The notes beneath the pieces were generated by a model. It searched no databases. It was not told where the DNA came from and saw only the letters and a list, made by a program, of their open reading frames with translations. The translations under genes were made by a program, and so were the position numbers. Below, piece after piece: positions 10,386 through 20,822 of a DNA stretch of 64,000 bases. Every line of letters begins with the position of its first letter. Position 1 is the stretch's first letter. This DNA comes from Rhizaria sp. SCN 62-66 (taxonomy: Eukaryota): assembly GCA_001724265.1 (NCBI GenBank), contig MEDY01000092.1:1-64000 (forward strand), written 5' to 3'.

Positions 10386-11300
10386 TCACCACATACCACC
10401 ACCGACGTTCAGCAAGTCATCATCGTCAGCGTCACCCATCGCGTTGTGCTGCATATTATCATTCGCTGGCATGGCAGGCGCGGCAATCGCGGCAGCAGTG
10501 AGACTCGGTGTCGCTTTCTTGGTCCTGGCTTTTCGCGGCTTGACTTCTGCATCATCCTGCTCACGGTCACCAGCAGCACTGGCATCATCACCACCAGCAT
10601 GTGCACCATCGGCACTGCTGTTGTCTAACGAGCGCTTCGGACGTCCCCGGGGCTTCTTCACACCGCTGCCGTTCACACTCGTATTCGCGCTGTTACTGAT
10701 GCTATTGTTGTTGTTCGCGCCCACGCTCGCGTTGTTATTGGCAATGGCAGAGCGCACAGCAGTCGCAGCCTCCGGGTTGCGCCGCAGCACGAGCAGCACG
10801 TCATCGGCGCCCACAGTCTTCCTGTTCGCGTGCCGCGCAAAAGCGCTCGCGTCGCGCGCCACCTCCGAGCCGAGCTTCAGCACTAAAGCGCTAAGGGCGG
10901 CCACAAACGTGCGCGTCATCACAACGCGGCCGCCGGTGTCGCTGTTGCTGTGGCTGCCGCCATCATCTGCCGCACTCGCGCTCGCGCTCACACTCGAGCT
11001 GGAGCTAGAGCTGGAGCTAGAGCTGTTGTTGTCGCGCGTGTGGCCGTCGTTAAGACTGCTCGAGAGAAGTGTTGTGGCGTCGCTGCAGATACGGTTCACG
11101 TCAAAGTGCAATGCGGGAAACGGCATGATGGGGGTTGTGTCGTCATCGTCCCGGGCGATGGCGGCAGCAGCTGCAGCGAGCGCAGTCGCAGCATTTGTGC
11201 GCGCACTGCTATCGTTGTCCGCGTTAGTGCTAACAGACTTGCGGCTATGCTTCTTCTTCGCGGATTGAACACTATCCGTGCCATCGGCAGAGCTGGACAT
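10386..11300 (-). CDS. CENPS: CENP-S/MHF1-like histone-fold protein with low-complexity insert and AT-hook, 304 aa
   Basis: ALHFDVNRIC (helix 1) and FVAALSALV...VARDASAFARHANRKTVGADDVLLVLRRN match the CENP-S pattern DLExFARHAKRxTIxxEDVxLLARR. AT-hook KKPRGRPKR. Stop TGA. Confidence 0.8.
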   Translation of the reverse strand: MSSSADGTDSVQSAKKKHSRKSVSTNADNDSSARTNAATALAAAAAAIARDDDDTTPIMPFPALHFDVNRICSDATTLLSSSLNDGHTRDNNSSSSSSSSSSSVSASASAADDGGSHSNSDTGGRVVMTRTFVAALSALVLKLGSEVARDASAFARHANRKTVGADDVLLVLRRNPEAATAVRSAIANNNASVGANNNNSISNSANTSVNGSGVKKPRGRPKRSLDNSSADGAHAGGDDASAAGDREQDDAEVKPRKARTKKATPSLTAAAIAAPAMPANDNMQHNAMGDADDDDLLNVGGGMW

Positions 11301-11779
11301 CGGGTTTGTACCAAGCGAGCCTTCCTTTAGTGTGTTTATGGGCGAGTGTGCGCTGCTGTGGCAAGCAAGATCACTACTGGCGAAAAAAGATACGAGTAAA
11401 CGCCGAAGATAATGGCCTGGTAAGATTTACTAAAGATATAATAAATAAATTCATAGTTTGACCCCGGATAAGCTGTGGTTATTAGTTGAAGACTCCGCCC
11501 TACTGACTTTGATTCGATTGCACGTAGAACCACAAGCGCGGGAGTTGTGCAGTCGGGGGGTGAAGTCTCGAGATATCAAACTGTCAACTGTCATTCAAAC
11601 ATCCGTCTATGGTGGTGTCTTCACACCATGCTTATTTTGAGGCACATTCATACATTTTCTTAATATCATTTACTTTATGAAGCTCACAATAATGCACATT
11701 CCTTCGTTTCATTGCGTAGGTCCAGCCCCTCGCAGCTCTCAACCAACCGAGACTTCTCTCTCTGCCACCCACTCACAGA

Positions 11780-12957
11780 ATGGCGACCGCCGCCACTGCC
11801 CCGCGCTCTGCCGCCGCCCTATTCTCCACACTTGCTACTGCGGCCTCCGCGTCGCTCCCTGTGCTGCTCTTAGAGGCGTTGGTCCACTGCGACATCTACG
11901 ACTTCACCCCGATCCTCGCCCTGCCCGCAGTCTCCGTACGTGGAACGAAAGACTTTCGCCACAAAGCTCGTCCTCAAATGTGGATGCTCTGCAATATGTT
12001 ATGGACTGCTGCAGTATATGTATTTCATATTGTTTCTGTTTTTCTTAGACTCGATATAGACTATTTCCTCCTCTATTTGGTAATCTGACCCAGTCTCACC
12101 ACAAATCGTTTCTGCCTACTCATATCCTTCATAACACTTACTAATCGCACTATCGCTCTCCAAACCAGACATATGCTGCTTCAAGCAACGACTCGACTGT
12201 CGTTGCTATGCGCCACTTCCCCAGCCTCTCAGTCACTGATGCTAGCAACAACAACAACAACAACAACAACAACAGCAGCGCTACTGCCAATGCGACTGTT
12301 GCTTTGGCAGCCATCTCTGCCGCTCTGAGCAGCAACGCCTGCGACTGTGAGTTCGTGTTGAGCAAGTTCCACACCGCCCGCTTTGCCGCCCACTGCCGCG
12401 CCGCCGCTGCCGCCCACGGCCTCCCTTGCGAGCTCAGCTACGACGGCGTCGCCACCTCACTCAACCTCGACAACACCGTGACCACGACTGGCGCTGGAGC
12501 TGCTGGGGCCTGCTGCGCCACTGACGCGGTTGACGGCGCCGTTGAGGCTGCTTTAATACAAGCCGCGTCCGCCGGACTGGTGACCGCACGTGCAGACGCG
12601 CAGGCGCGCTCGCTGCTGCTGCTCACGGTCACCCTCACAAACCCCGCTTTCGCCGCCGCCAACAGTCCCGCCGCCACCGCGAGCGCCGCCGCTGCCGCGG
12701 GTGCTGCCGTCTCCGCGGAGGCGCTCCAGGCCGCGGCGGCCCGCGCGCGCGCCGTCGCGGCCTCGCTCGTCCGTGGCGCCGCGGCGGCCACGGCGCTGGG
12801 TGCAGGGGAGACCGCGCTGCGGGCGGCCGTGGGACAAGAGCCGATGGGGGGCTTCGAGGACGCATTCGCGGCCACGGCGCGGGTCAAGGCCGCGGCCACG
12901 CAGGGCGGCGTTGCGGCGCTCGCGGCGAGCAAGGGGGACAGGGGCTACCATAATTGA
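11780..12957 (+). CDS. Highly divergent PCI-domain protein (CSN7/eIF3m-like), 314 aa; exons 11780-11935, 12169-12957
   Basis: N-terminal LEALVHCDIYDFTPILALPAV resembles CSN7/eIF3m. Winged-helix-like ELSYDGVATSL...VEAALIQAASAGLVTARADAQARSL. Intron GTACGT...TACTAAT...CAG. Stop TGA. Confidence 0.6.
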
Positions 12958-13585
12958 ACAAAATTCGCCGCAGGTGCGTGCGTCTCGAGTTTTTGTTTCG
13001 CTGTTACTGCCTAGAAGGGCCTCGGTTTACATAATGTGTCGTAAGTGCTTATCCATACATCGCTATTTTGTTGTTTATATAGGTGAGGTCTGCTTTTGTT
13101 TACGGTAATCGGGTTATTCTGTCTTGTGGCCAGGTAGGTTCATTGCTACACGTGTTTCCAGATAGGAGGTGAGCAAGCTGCATCACCTCCGCCCGTGTTG
13201 ATGAGAATGATACTATATGTGCCGCAATAAACTCAGCCGACTCAGTTTCGCGCTCAGCCTGCCTGAGCTGAACACATGGCCACAAGGAAAGACTAGAAAT
13301 GATGCCGCTTAAAAGACAAAACCGGTATGAAGGCATGTTTAATTACAATTGTATAGATGACTATATAATTAAAGAGACAATTGGCAAAATATAACAACAC
13401 TTTTAACCCTAGAAAGTGACCGTAAAGTGAGATATCCGAGCGAGTCATATCGCTTCCCACTGCTCTGCTATGTTCCCAGGGTTCGCAAAAAATCGTTGCG
13501 GTCGCAGAGGGAAGGGTGATGAGAGCCGAGTGTGGCGGTGATCAAATTTGCCTTTATAACCGGCTTTGTAGTCCGCAAATCTGAA

Positions 13586-15920
13586 ATGGATTTCGACCCC
13601 AACACGCCTTTCCCCACCGGGTACGTCCTTCTAAAATGTTTTACACTTCTGTGGCTTCCCTGTCTGACGCCAGCCCCAGTGCGCACCCTCTCTGAGCCAC
13701 TTCGAGGAGGATGTGGTCATCGCGGGCTGTGCCTCAAGCGCTCTATAAACGCTTGTCTACAGCAATAACGCCCCACTAACCACACTGTTCATGTCATTCT
13801 GTGTATTCTGCGCCCGGTGTAGGTTGGTGCAGCCGAAGTATACGGCGCCCATGATCCTCTGTTGCGGCTGCGGCGTGAGCATCCAGTCGAACCCGGCGAA
13901 CATGTGCGCCCAGTGCCTGCAGTCGCGCGTCGACATCACCGCGGGTATCCCGAAGCAGATCACCATCTTCTGGTGCCGCAACTGCCGCCGCTACCAGCGC
14001 CCGCCGTGGGAGGACGTCGAGCTTGAATCGCAGAAGATGCTCTCGCTCTGCCTCAGCAAGATTAAGGGCCTCAACAAAGAGGTCAAGCTCACCGACGCCG
14101 CCTTCATCTGGACCGAGCCCCACTCGCGCCGCATCAAGGTAAAGCTCACCGTACAAAAGGACGTCTTTAATGGTATCATCATGCAGCAGGTCTTCGTCGT
14201 CGAGTTCGTCGTCGGCAACATGCAGTGCCCCGACTGCGAGCGTTCCTTCACCGAGCACACGTGGAAGGTCTGCGTCCAGGTCCGCCAGAACCGCAAGCAC
14301 AAGCGCACGCTCTTCTTCCTCGAGCAACTGCTCGTGCGCCACAACCTCTGCGCCAACACCACCGATATCAAGGAGCTCACCACGGGTCTCGACTTCTACT
14401 GGGACAAGATGTCGCAGGCCAACAAGCTCATCGCCTTCCTGCGCTCCGTGCTGCCCGTCAAGATCTCCAAGGCCGGCGAGAAGCTCATCTCGCAGGACGA
14501 CAGCAGCAACACCAAGAAGTTCAAGTTCGGCATGCACATTGAGATTGCCGAGGCCTCGAAGGAGGACGTCGTCATGGTCGACCGCCGCATCGTCTCCGCC
14601 ATGGGTACGTCTTGAACTCAACAAACGACTGTATATATCTCTTGTTACAACGCCGAAATTATCGCATACTATGCATTTCTGTTTTGTTTCTATTATATTT
14701 TTTGTTTTTCATGATGCATCTCTCATATATTGCTCCATAACCCTCGTTCTGTGCTCTTTTTTTTTCGCACTTTACTCACAGGCGGTGTGTCGCCGGTTCT
14801 GCTCGTGTATCGCGTGTCCAACACCGTGCACCTGATCGACCCTGTGACCCTGAAGACGTTCGAGCTCGACGCGCGCCACTACTTCGCGCACCCCCTCCGC
14901 ATCCTGCTTACCCCCGAGCAGCTGACCGAGTTCATCGTCATCGATGTCGACGTCATCGGCGACGAGAGCGTCAACATGCACGGCCAGCATCACCTGAGCG
15001 CCAACACGCGTGGCCAGTCGCTGCAGACGGCCAACGCGGCCCGCCAGCGCGCCGGCAACGTCCACAACGCCGCCCACAACAACAACCGCTACAACTCCGG
15101 TCTCACGGGCTTCAACAAGCAGACTGCGTTCAACGCGCGCATCGTGCTGGCCGAGGTGACCGTGGCGCGCTCGCACGAGATCGGCGAGGAGGGCGCGATG
15201 ATCGTCTGCCGCACGCACCTCGGTGCGGTCCTCAAGCCCGGCGACACAGTGCTCGGCTACGACCTCGCCAAGCGCAACATCATGGGCGACGTGCAGTCGA
15301 CGTTGCGCGCGCGCGACCTCCCCGACATCATTCTTGTCCGCAAGACGTTCCCGCACCGCACCAAGCGTGCGCAGCGCCGGCTGTGGAAGCTCAAGCACCT
15401 GGCCAAGACTGCGGCGGACTCGGGCGCGAGCCTCAAGAAGCGCGCTGTGCTGGCCGCCAAGGAGGAGGAGGAGTACGAGCGCTTCATGCAGGACGTCGAG
15501 GAGGACCCCGAGATGCGTGCCAAGATGAACCTGTACCGCCGCTACGAGACGGACGAGGAGGCCGTCAAGGCCGGCGCCTTGAAGGCCGCCGCCGCCGCGA
15601 TGGGCGACGACGCGGCTGCTGCAGTTGCGCCCCACGACGACGACGGTGACGACGACGACGGGTTCCCCGAGGTGCGCATGGAGGAGCTGCTCGACTCGCT
15701 GCAGCAGCTTGCCGTCGACGACGACGCCGCGCGCGCCGCCGCCGAGGGCGGCCACGGCGAGGAGAACGAGGACGACGACGAGGAGCTCATCGGCGCCGAC
15801 GACGGCTACGCCAGCGCGCCCGTGCAGAAGGTCGAGACGGGCCGCGGCGTGCGCAACAAGGCGCGCAACGCGCCCGCGCGCTCCGGCGGCTTCGACGACG
15901 ACGAAGACGCGCAGTTCTGA
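13586..15920 (+). CDS. NMD3: 60S ribosomal export adaptor NMD3, 651 aa; exons 13586-13620, 13823-14604, 14782-15920
   Basis: Motifs CCGCG...NPANMCAQC, CRNC, DAAFIWTEPHSRRIKVKLTVQK, CPDC, VQVRQ...HKRTLFFLEQL, RTHLGAVLKPGD and an acidic tail with NES-like MEELLDSL. Two GTACGT introns. Stop TGA. Confidence 0.96.
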
Positions 15921-16453
15921 GTTAGAGGCTGACCAGTGTAATACTCCTATCTCTCACAAGACAGCGTTGCTTTCTTGTGGGTGTTGAGGGCCAGTGTGTC
16001 GCATCGTTAAATATCGATCTAGACTAGGTTCATGTTTGCTTTAGTGAATAACAGAGTCCTGATTTTACGCTGTTGTTGGTAAAATACAGCTGGATGAAGG
16101 ATGACTATACATATAAACTTTGATAAGCGCGCATCTCGCAAGCTTCTAATCCAAAAGCGCAGTCTGTCTCGCTCTGTTCAGACCTAAATCGAATGATATG
16201 CACGGGTATATGATACTTTATGTGTATAATAGTCGCGCCACTGACCTGAATCTTATAATCTCGTCTGATTTTAAGTGGGGGTGTTGATTAACGAAGATAT
16301 TCCAGATATATGGCGTGATTCTGCGTTGCCTTGACATGCTTTTGTGGTGCCTGCGCTGGGGTCGACGACGTGGCCCTGGCCAGCCTCTTCGAAGGGGTGA
16401 TTGACGATTAGCACAGCGCCTCGAAACAACTGTCAAACGAGTTCTAAGCGAAC

Positions 16454-19400
16454 ATGTCTCATCGACGGAACGACCCAAGTGTCGTTAATGCTGGTGGGGC
16501 ACATGCTGATGGACTATATGTCTCTCTAAGCGACTTTCCCTATGACCGGCCACAGAAGGTACGTCTCTCTTCTCAACATCCGCCTTTCACAGCTATATCT
16601 CTGTACAGCGCCCACGTTCTGAATTCTACGTATTGTATGTCTATAGATCGCAACTGTTTTTACCGCAACCTTAACTTTTTTGTCTTTACTACTGTTATAT
16701 ATCTTGCTTCTAGACTTGGTGCCAGAGGAATGGCAAGACAACTTTGATTGGCGTACTCGCCGTCGCCCTTGTCGCCGTCATCGCGACCACGGTCGTCTAT
16801 TACATGTACGTGCAACGCACCCAATCAATTATATTGCGACATTGTATCTTGATGTGATGTTATTCTGTGTGCTGGTCGACATTTCAGCGCACTCTGCCTC
16901 ACTCCTCTACCCGACCACAACCTCGTTCACCTTCAATTGCACGTCACACCCATGCATCCCGTCCCAAACCCGCCCGTCTTTCGCTTCGGATCACTCCCGC
17001 ACAGCACTCACAAGGGCAACTCCGACTCCGGCTTCCAGGTCGAGCCGCTGTACCTCGTGTACAACGCCACGATCTACACTGGCGACCCGCTCGACCCTCA
17101 CTTCACGACCTTCGAGACCGCGGACGACGCCGCGACGCTCGCAGCGCAGGCGCTCTTGCGGCAGCAGCTGCTGGCCCGCAGCGACGCCGTCGCCGCGCTG
17201 TCCCCGTTCCGGCTCGAGCCCGTTAGCCCGCTGGCGCTCGCTAACGCCACCGCGGCCGGCGCAGCTCTGACGTCCTCTATGTCTCACGGCCGCAGTCACG
17301 TGGGTCACGGCCACGGCCACAGTCTCTCCGTCACGGCTGGCGCTGTTGGCGCTAACCGCAATGGCGGGCTTTTGCGCGCGCCTCTGGCCTGGACCGCGGC
17401 CGCCGCGGCCCCCGAGGCATTTGTGGTGGGCTCCGACGGCCGTTTCCTCGCCGTCGGCACTCTGGCGGACCTCACCAAGGCCCACCCGGACATCCCACGG
17501 CTTAACTTGCACGCGCGCACGGTCGTCCCGGGCCTCGGCGACGCGCACGGCCACCTAGCGTCGCTCGGTATGTCGTTTCTCTCGCCGCTGTTCCAAGACG
17601 CCAAGTCGCCCGCAGATGTGGTGACGATTCTGCAGCGGTTCGCCGAGAAGCACGAGCTGAACCCGCAGAAGGACCCGGGGTTCTTCCTCATCGGCTCCAA
17701 CTGGGACCAAAACGACTGGACCACCACCGATGCCGATGCCACTGAGGACCACCCGTTCCCGACCGCGGCGGACCTCGACGCCGCGTTCCCCGTGCTGCCG
17801 CTGGTGCTGGAGCGCGTCGACGGCCACGCCGTTTGGGTCAACTCGGCCGCCATGGCTATCGTGGGCCCGATCCCAGACGCTGACCCGGCCGGTGGGCAGA
17901 TCGTGCGCGACCCCGTGACCGGCAAGCCCACGGGCGTGTTCCTCGACGCCGCCATGGCGCTCTTCTACGACCACCCGTACGCGGAGATTGCGCCCGACCA
18001 GCGCGCGGCGGCGCTGGAGCTGGCCGTGGCGGCGGTGGGCAAACAGGGGCTCACGCAGGTGCACGATGCCAGCATGCAGCTGGACGACTTCCACATCATG
18101 CGCGCTCGGCTAGTCAAGGGCCGCGAGGCCGCCGACCCCGCTAAAAACAACCATAGCAACAACAAGAACAACAAGAACGCTAAGGACGCGAACACGGGTA
18201 ACACTGCTGAAAGCAAGGCCGCTGACTCTGCTTTGCCCACGGGCGCCCGCGTCAGCGACAGCTTCCCCCTGCGCGTGCACGGGCTGTTCGAGATGGAGGG
18301 CGTCTGCGGCACCGCGGACGGCGGCTACGACTGCCCCGCGGGGTACCCCGTGCGCGACCTCGACGCCGCGCAGTCGCTCGCGGCGATGCTCAGCCAGTCG
18401 GGGCTGCACGAGCGGAAGCTGCGCAAGGAGAAACACGGCCACAGCCACAACGACGTCGTTCTCAACAGTGTCCACCATGGTGATGGCTCCAAGCACCGCC
18501 CGTCTAAGGGCCTCCGCGCGGCGTCCAAGGGCGGCGTCAAGGCCAGCGAGAGCACCCTCGAGGACCTGGACCTGCCCCTGGTCATCGGCAGCGCCAATGG
18601 TCGTCTCTCGGCGGCGGCGGTGAAGCTCTTTGCCGACGGCGCGTTGGGATCCTGGGGCGCTGCGATGCTCGAGCCCTACACCGACAAGCCAGAGTCACAG
18701 GGACTGCTGATCTACACGGCCGAGGAGCTCGCCACCGCAGTCGCCGCCGCCGTCAAGCGCGGCTTCCAGGTACGTCATCACACACAAAACTAGTAAAATC
18801 TCCGCGTTTGATAATATTTACTGATTGATTTTAAGATGACACGTTTATAACTTGCTTACATTCTGATAACTCACATATTATATTCCTATTTTTTGTAAAA
18901 CTTCACCCACATCTATCTGGTTTATTTCTTCATTTCGCTCTCTCTCTCCCAGGTCTGCACGCACGCAATCGGCGACATGGCGAACCGGCTAGTGCTCAAC
19001 TCGTACGCCACGGCGATCGCCGACGACGAGGCCTCGGGCGGCGCGGGCCGCGTGCGGCGCCACCGCATCGAGCACACGCAGATCATCGACGCCGACGCGG
19101 ACCTGCCGCGCCTCGCGCCGCTGCACGTCCTAGCCTCGATGCAGCCGACGCACGCGACGTCGGACATGCGCTATGCCGAGGCCCGGCTTGGGCCCGCCCG
19201 CCTCAAGGGCGCTTACGCGTGGGCCTCCGCGTTGGCGACGACGGGCGTGCTGCCGCTGGGCACCGACTTCCCGGTCGAGGCGCCCGACACGATGCGCAGT
19301 TTCCACGCCGCCGTGACACGGCAGAACGAGGCCAGCGAGCCCGCGGGCGGGTGGCTGCCGTAGCAGAAGCTCACGCGGCGCCAGGCGCTGCGCGGGATGA

Positions 19401-20204
19401 CCTGGGACGTGGCCTTCGCGGCCGGGCGCGAGCTCGAGCAGGGCTCCATCGCGGCGGGCAAGACCGCCGACTTCGTCGTGCTGGACCGGGATATCATGAC
19501 GGTGGCCGCTGAGGACATCCTGGGGGCGAAGGTGATCGCGACATTCCTTGACGGCAACGCGGTGCACGTGCTCAAGAGTACCGAGGCCGCCGCTTCGAGT
19601 GATCTTGTTGGTGTGAACGGACAAAAGGTGACGCTGGGGGCGCTGGCCGAGGCGCGGCGCGCTGGCAAGGCCCTCTGCTGGAGCGACATTGACATGGTAC
19701 GACGCTAAACAACCACGCTAAACAACCTACTATTTAGCTCTAAAAGTAGTTTCGTAGTTTAAAATATCACGCTTACATGTGTCACTTTATTTTCATCTTC
19801 ATCGCTCACACATATGCGTGATATCTCCGATGTTGTTATTATTACAGGTCAACACCCTGAACGGCGCCGTCGCGCCCGCTCGCGGCCACCTCGCGCCCGC
19901 CCCGGTCCCCGCCCCTGCGCTCACAGCGGCCGCTGCCGTAGACATGAGCGCCGAGGCGCGGTACATGCTACTGCGCCGCAGCGGCAGCCGCAACGGCAAC
20001 AACAACGGCAACAACAACGACAAAGCTTTCAGTGGCAGCGGCGCTGGTGCTGCTGAGTCTGCCGGTGCGGCGTCGGGGATGCCCGGGAGGCGCGAGCCGC
20101 CGTGCATGCAGCACTGGCCCGTGCTGGCGAAGCTGGCCGCCCGCCAAAGCCGCTCCCGCGCCAAGGCGCTGCTGCACCCGCCGCAGCAGGCGGACCAGCT
20201 GTAA
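16454..20204 (+). CDS. Amidohydrolase-3 (YtcJ/LAF3-like) with N-terminal membrane anchor, ~1020 aa if the in-frame TAG is read; exons 16454-16558, 16714-16805, 17005-18769, 18953-19696, 19848-20204
   Basis: Motifs PGLGDAHGH, RVDGHAVWVNS, KLFADGALGS, HAIGD, RIEHTQ, SMQPTH, GTDFPVE, GGWLP[TAG]QKLTRRQALRGMT and GSIAAGKTADFVVLD. Exon 2 encodes TM helix LIGVLAVALVAVIATTVVYY. The exon-3 acceptor and the last exon are less certain (alternative TAA at 19706-19708). Confidence 0.88.
19361..19363 (+). other. In-frame TAG within the conserved amidohydrolase C-terminal motif; candidate recoded codon
   Basis: TGG CTG CCG TAG CAG AAG CTC ACG. Conserved motifs continue in the same frame downstream. Confidence 0.9.
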
Positions 20205-20822
20205 AGAAGGCTCCGTATGTTTGGCGGCGTCAATTTGGGTGAATCGTGATGAAGCGATGTGAGCAAATTGACGAAATATCGTTATTTAGTAAGTTTGTTC
20301 TTGTTTTGGACTGAGATAAATGCACTTGAAAAAGAAAAGTAAGCAATACAACAATATGTAAGATCTACTCTCACAATGCAACATAATCAAGAAGAACAGG
20401 CAATGCGTCGGATTGTATTCCTGATTGGCACAACGCGTCCTGTCATGCTCATGATATGACATGATTAAGATGGTGAACATGGGAAAACGTAAACGTTGTA
20501 TGTGTAAACTTTGTATGTGAATTTGTAATTATAAAAGAAAAAGCTATGGTGAGTCGTACATTGTCTCACAGCAACACAGAAAATGAGGGTGTCTTGATTG
20601 ATGTGTAAACACGGAAGACTAGTTATACTAGTATTCGTAAATACGTGAGGATTACGAAAATATGATATTAGTCGATATTATTTGTCATGATATTAGTTGT
20701 CAATCGTTGACACACACACAAAAAAAAAGACATGTAATGCAAGTACATCGATACCCTTCAGACATAAAACTGAATAGGGTCTAAAAAAAACACGGGACAT
20801 CCCATCGCACCACTTGGCTACT

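Noticed and set aside
13404-13412. Telomere-like or telo-box TAACCCTAG near NMD3 (also AAACCCTG at ~42242)
   Set aside because: Single imperfect copies, compatible with chance.
19313-19363. 51-nt in-frame GTG...TAG intron that would remove the amidohydrolase TAG
   Set aside because: It is GC-rich, lacks the GTACG donor and pyrimidine tract, is far shorter than the other introns, and would delete the conserved VTR...GGWxP motif.
19361-19363. Pyrrolysine or selenocysteine insertion
   Set aside because: Sec uses UGA and Pyl is not known in eukaryotes. Neither site is catalytic and no pyl or SECIS evidence is visible.
16454-20204. Calling the amidohydrolase and PUB genes pseudogenes
   Set aside because: Each has a single lesion of the same type, intact motifs and splice sites and normal codon bias. 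Disfavoured rather than excluded.
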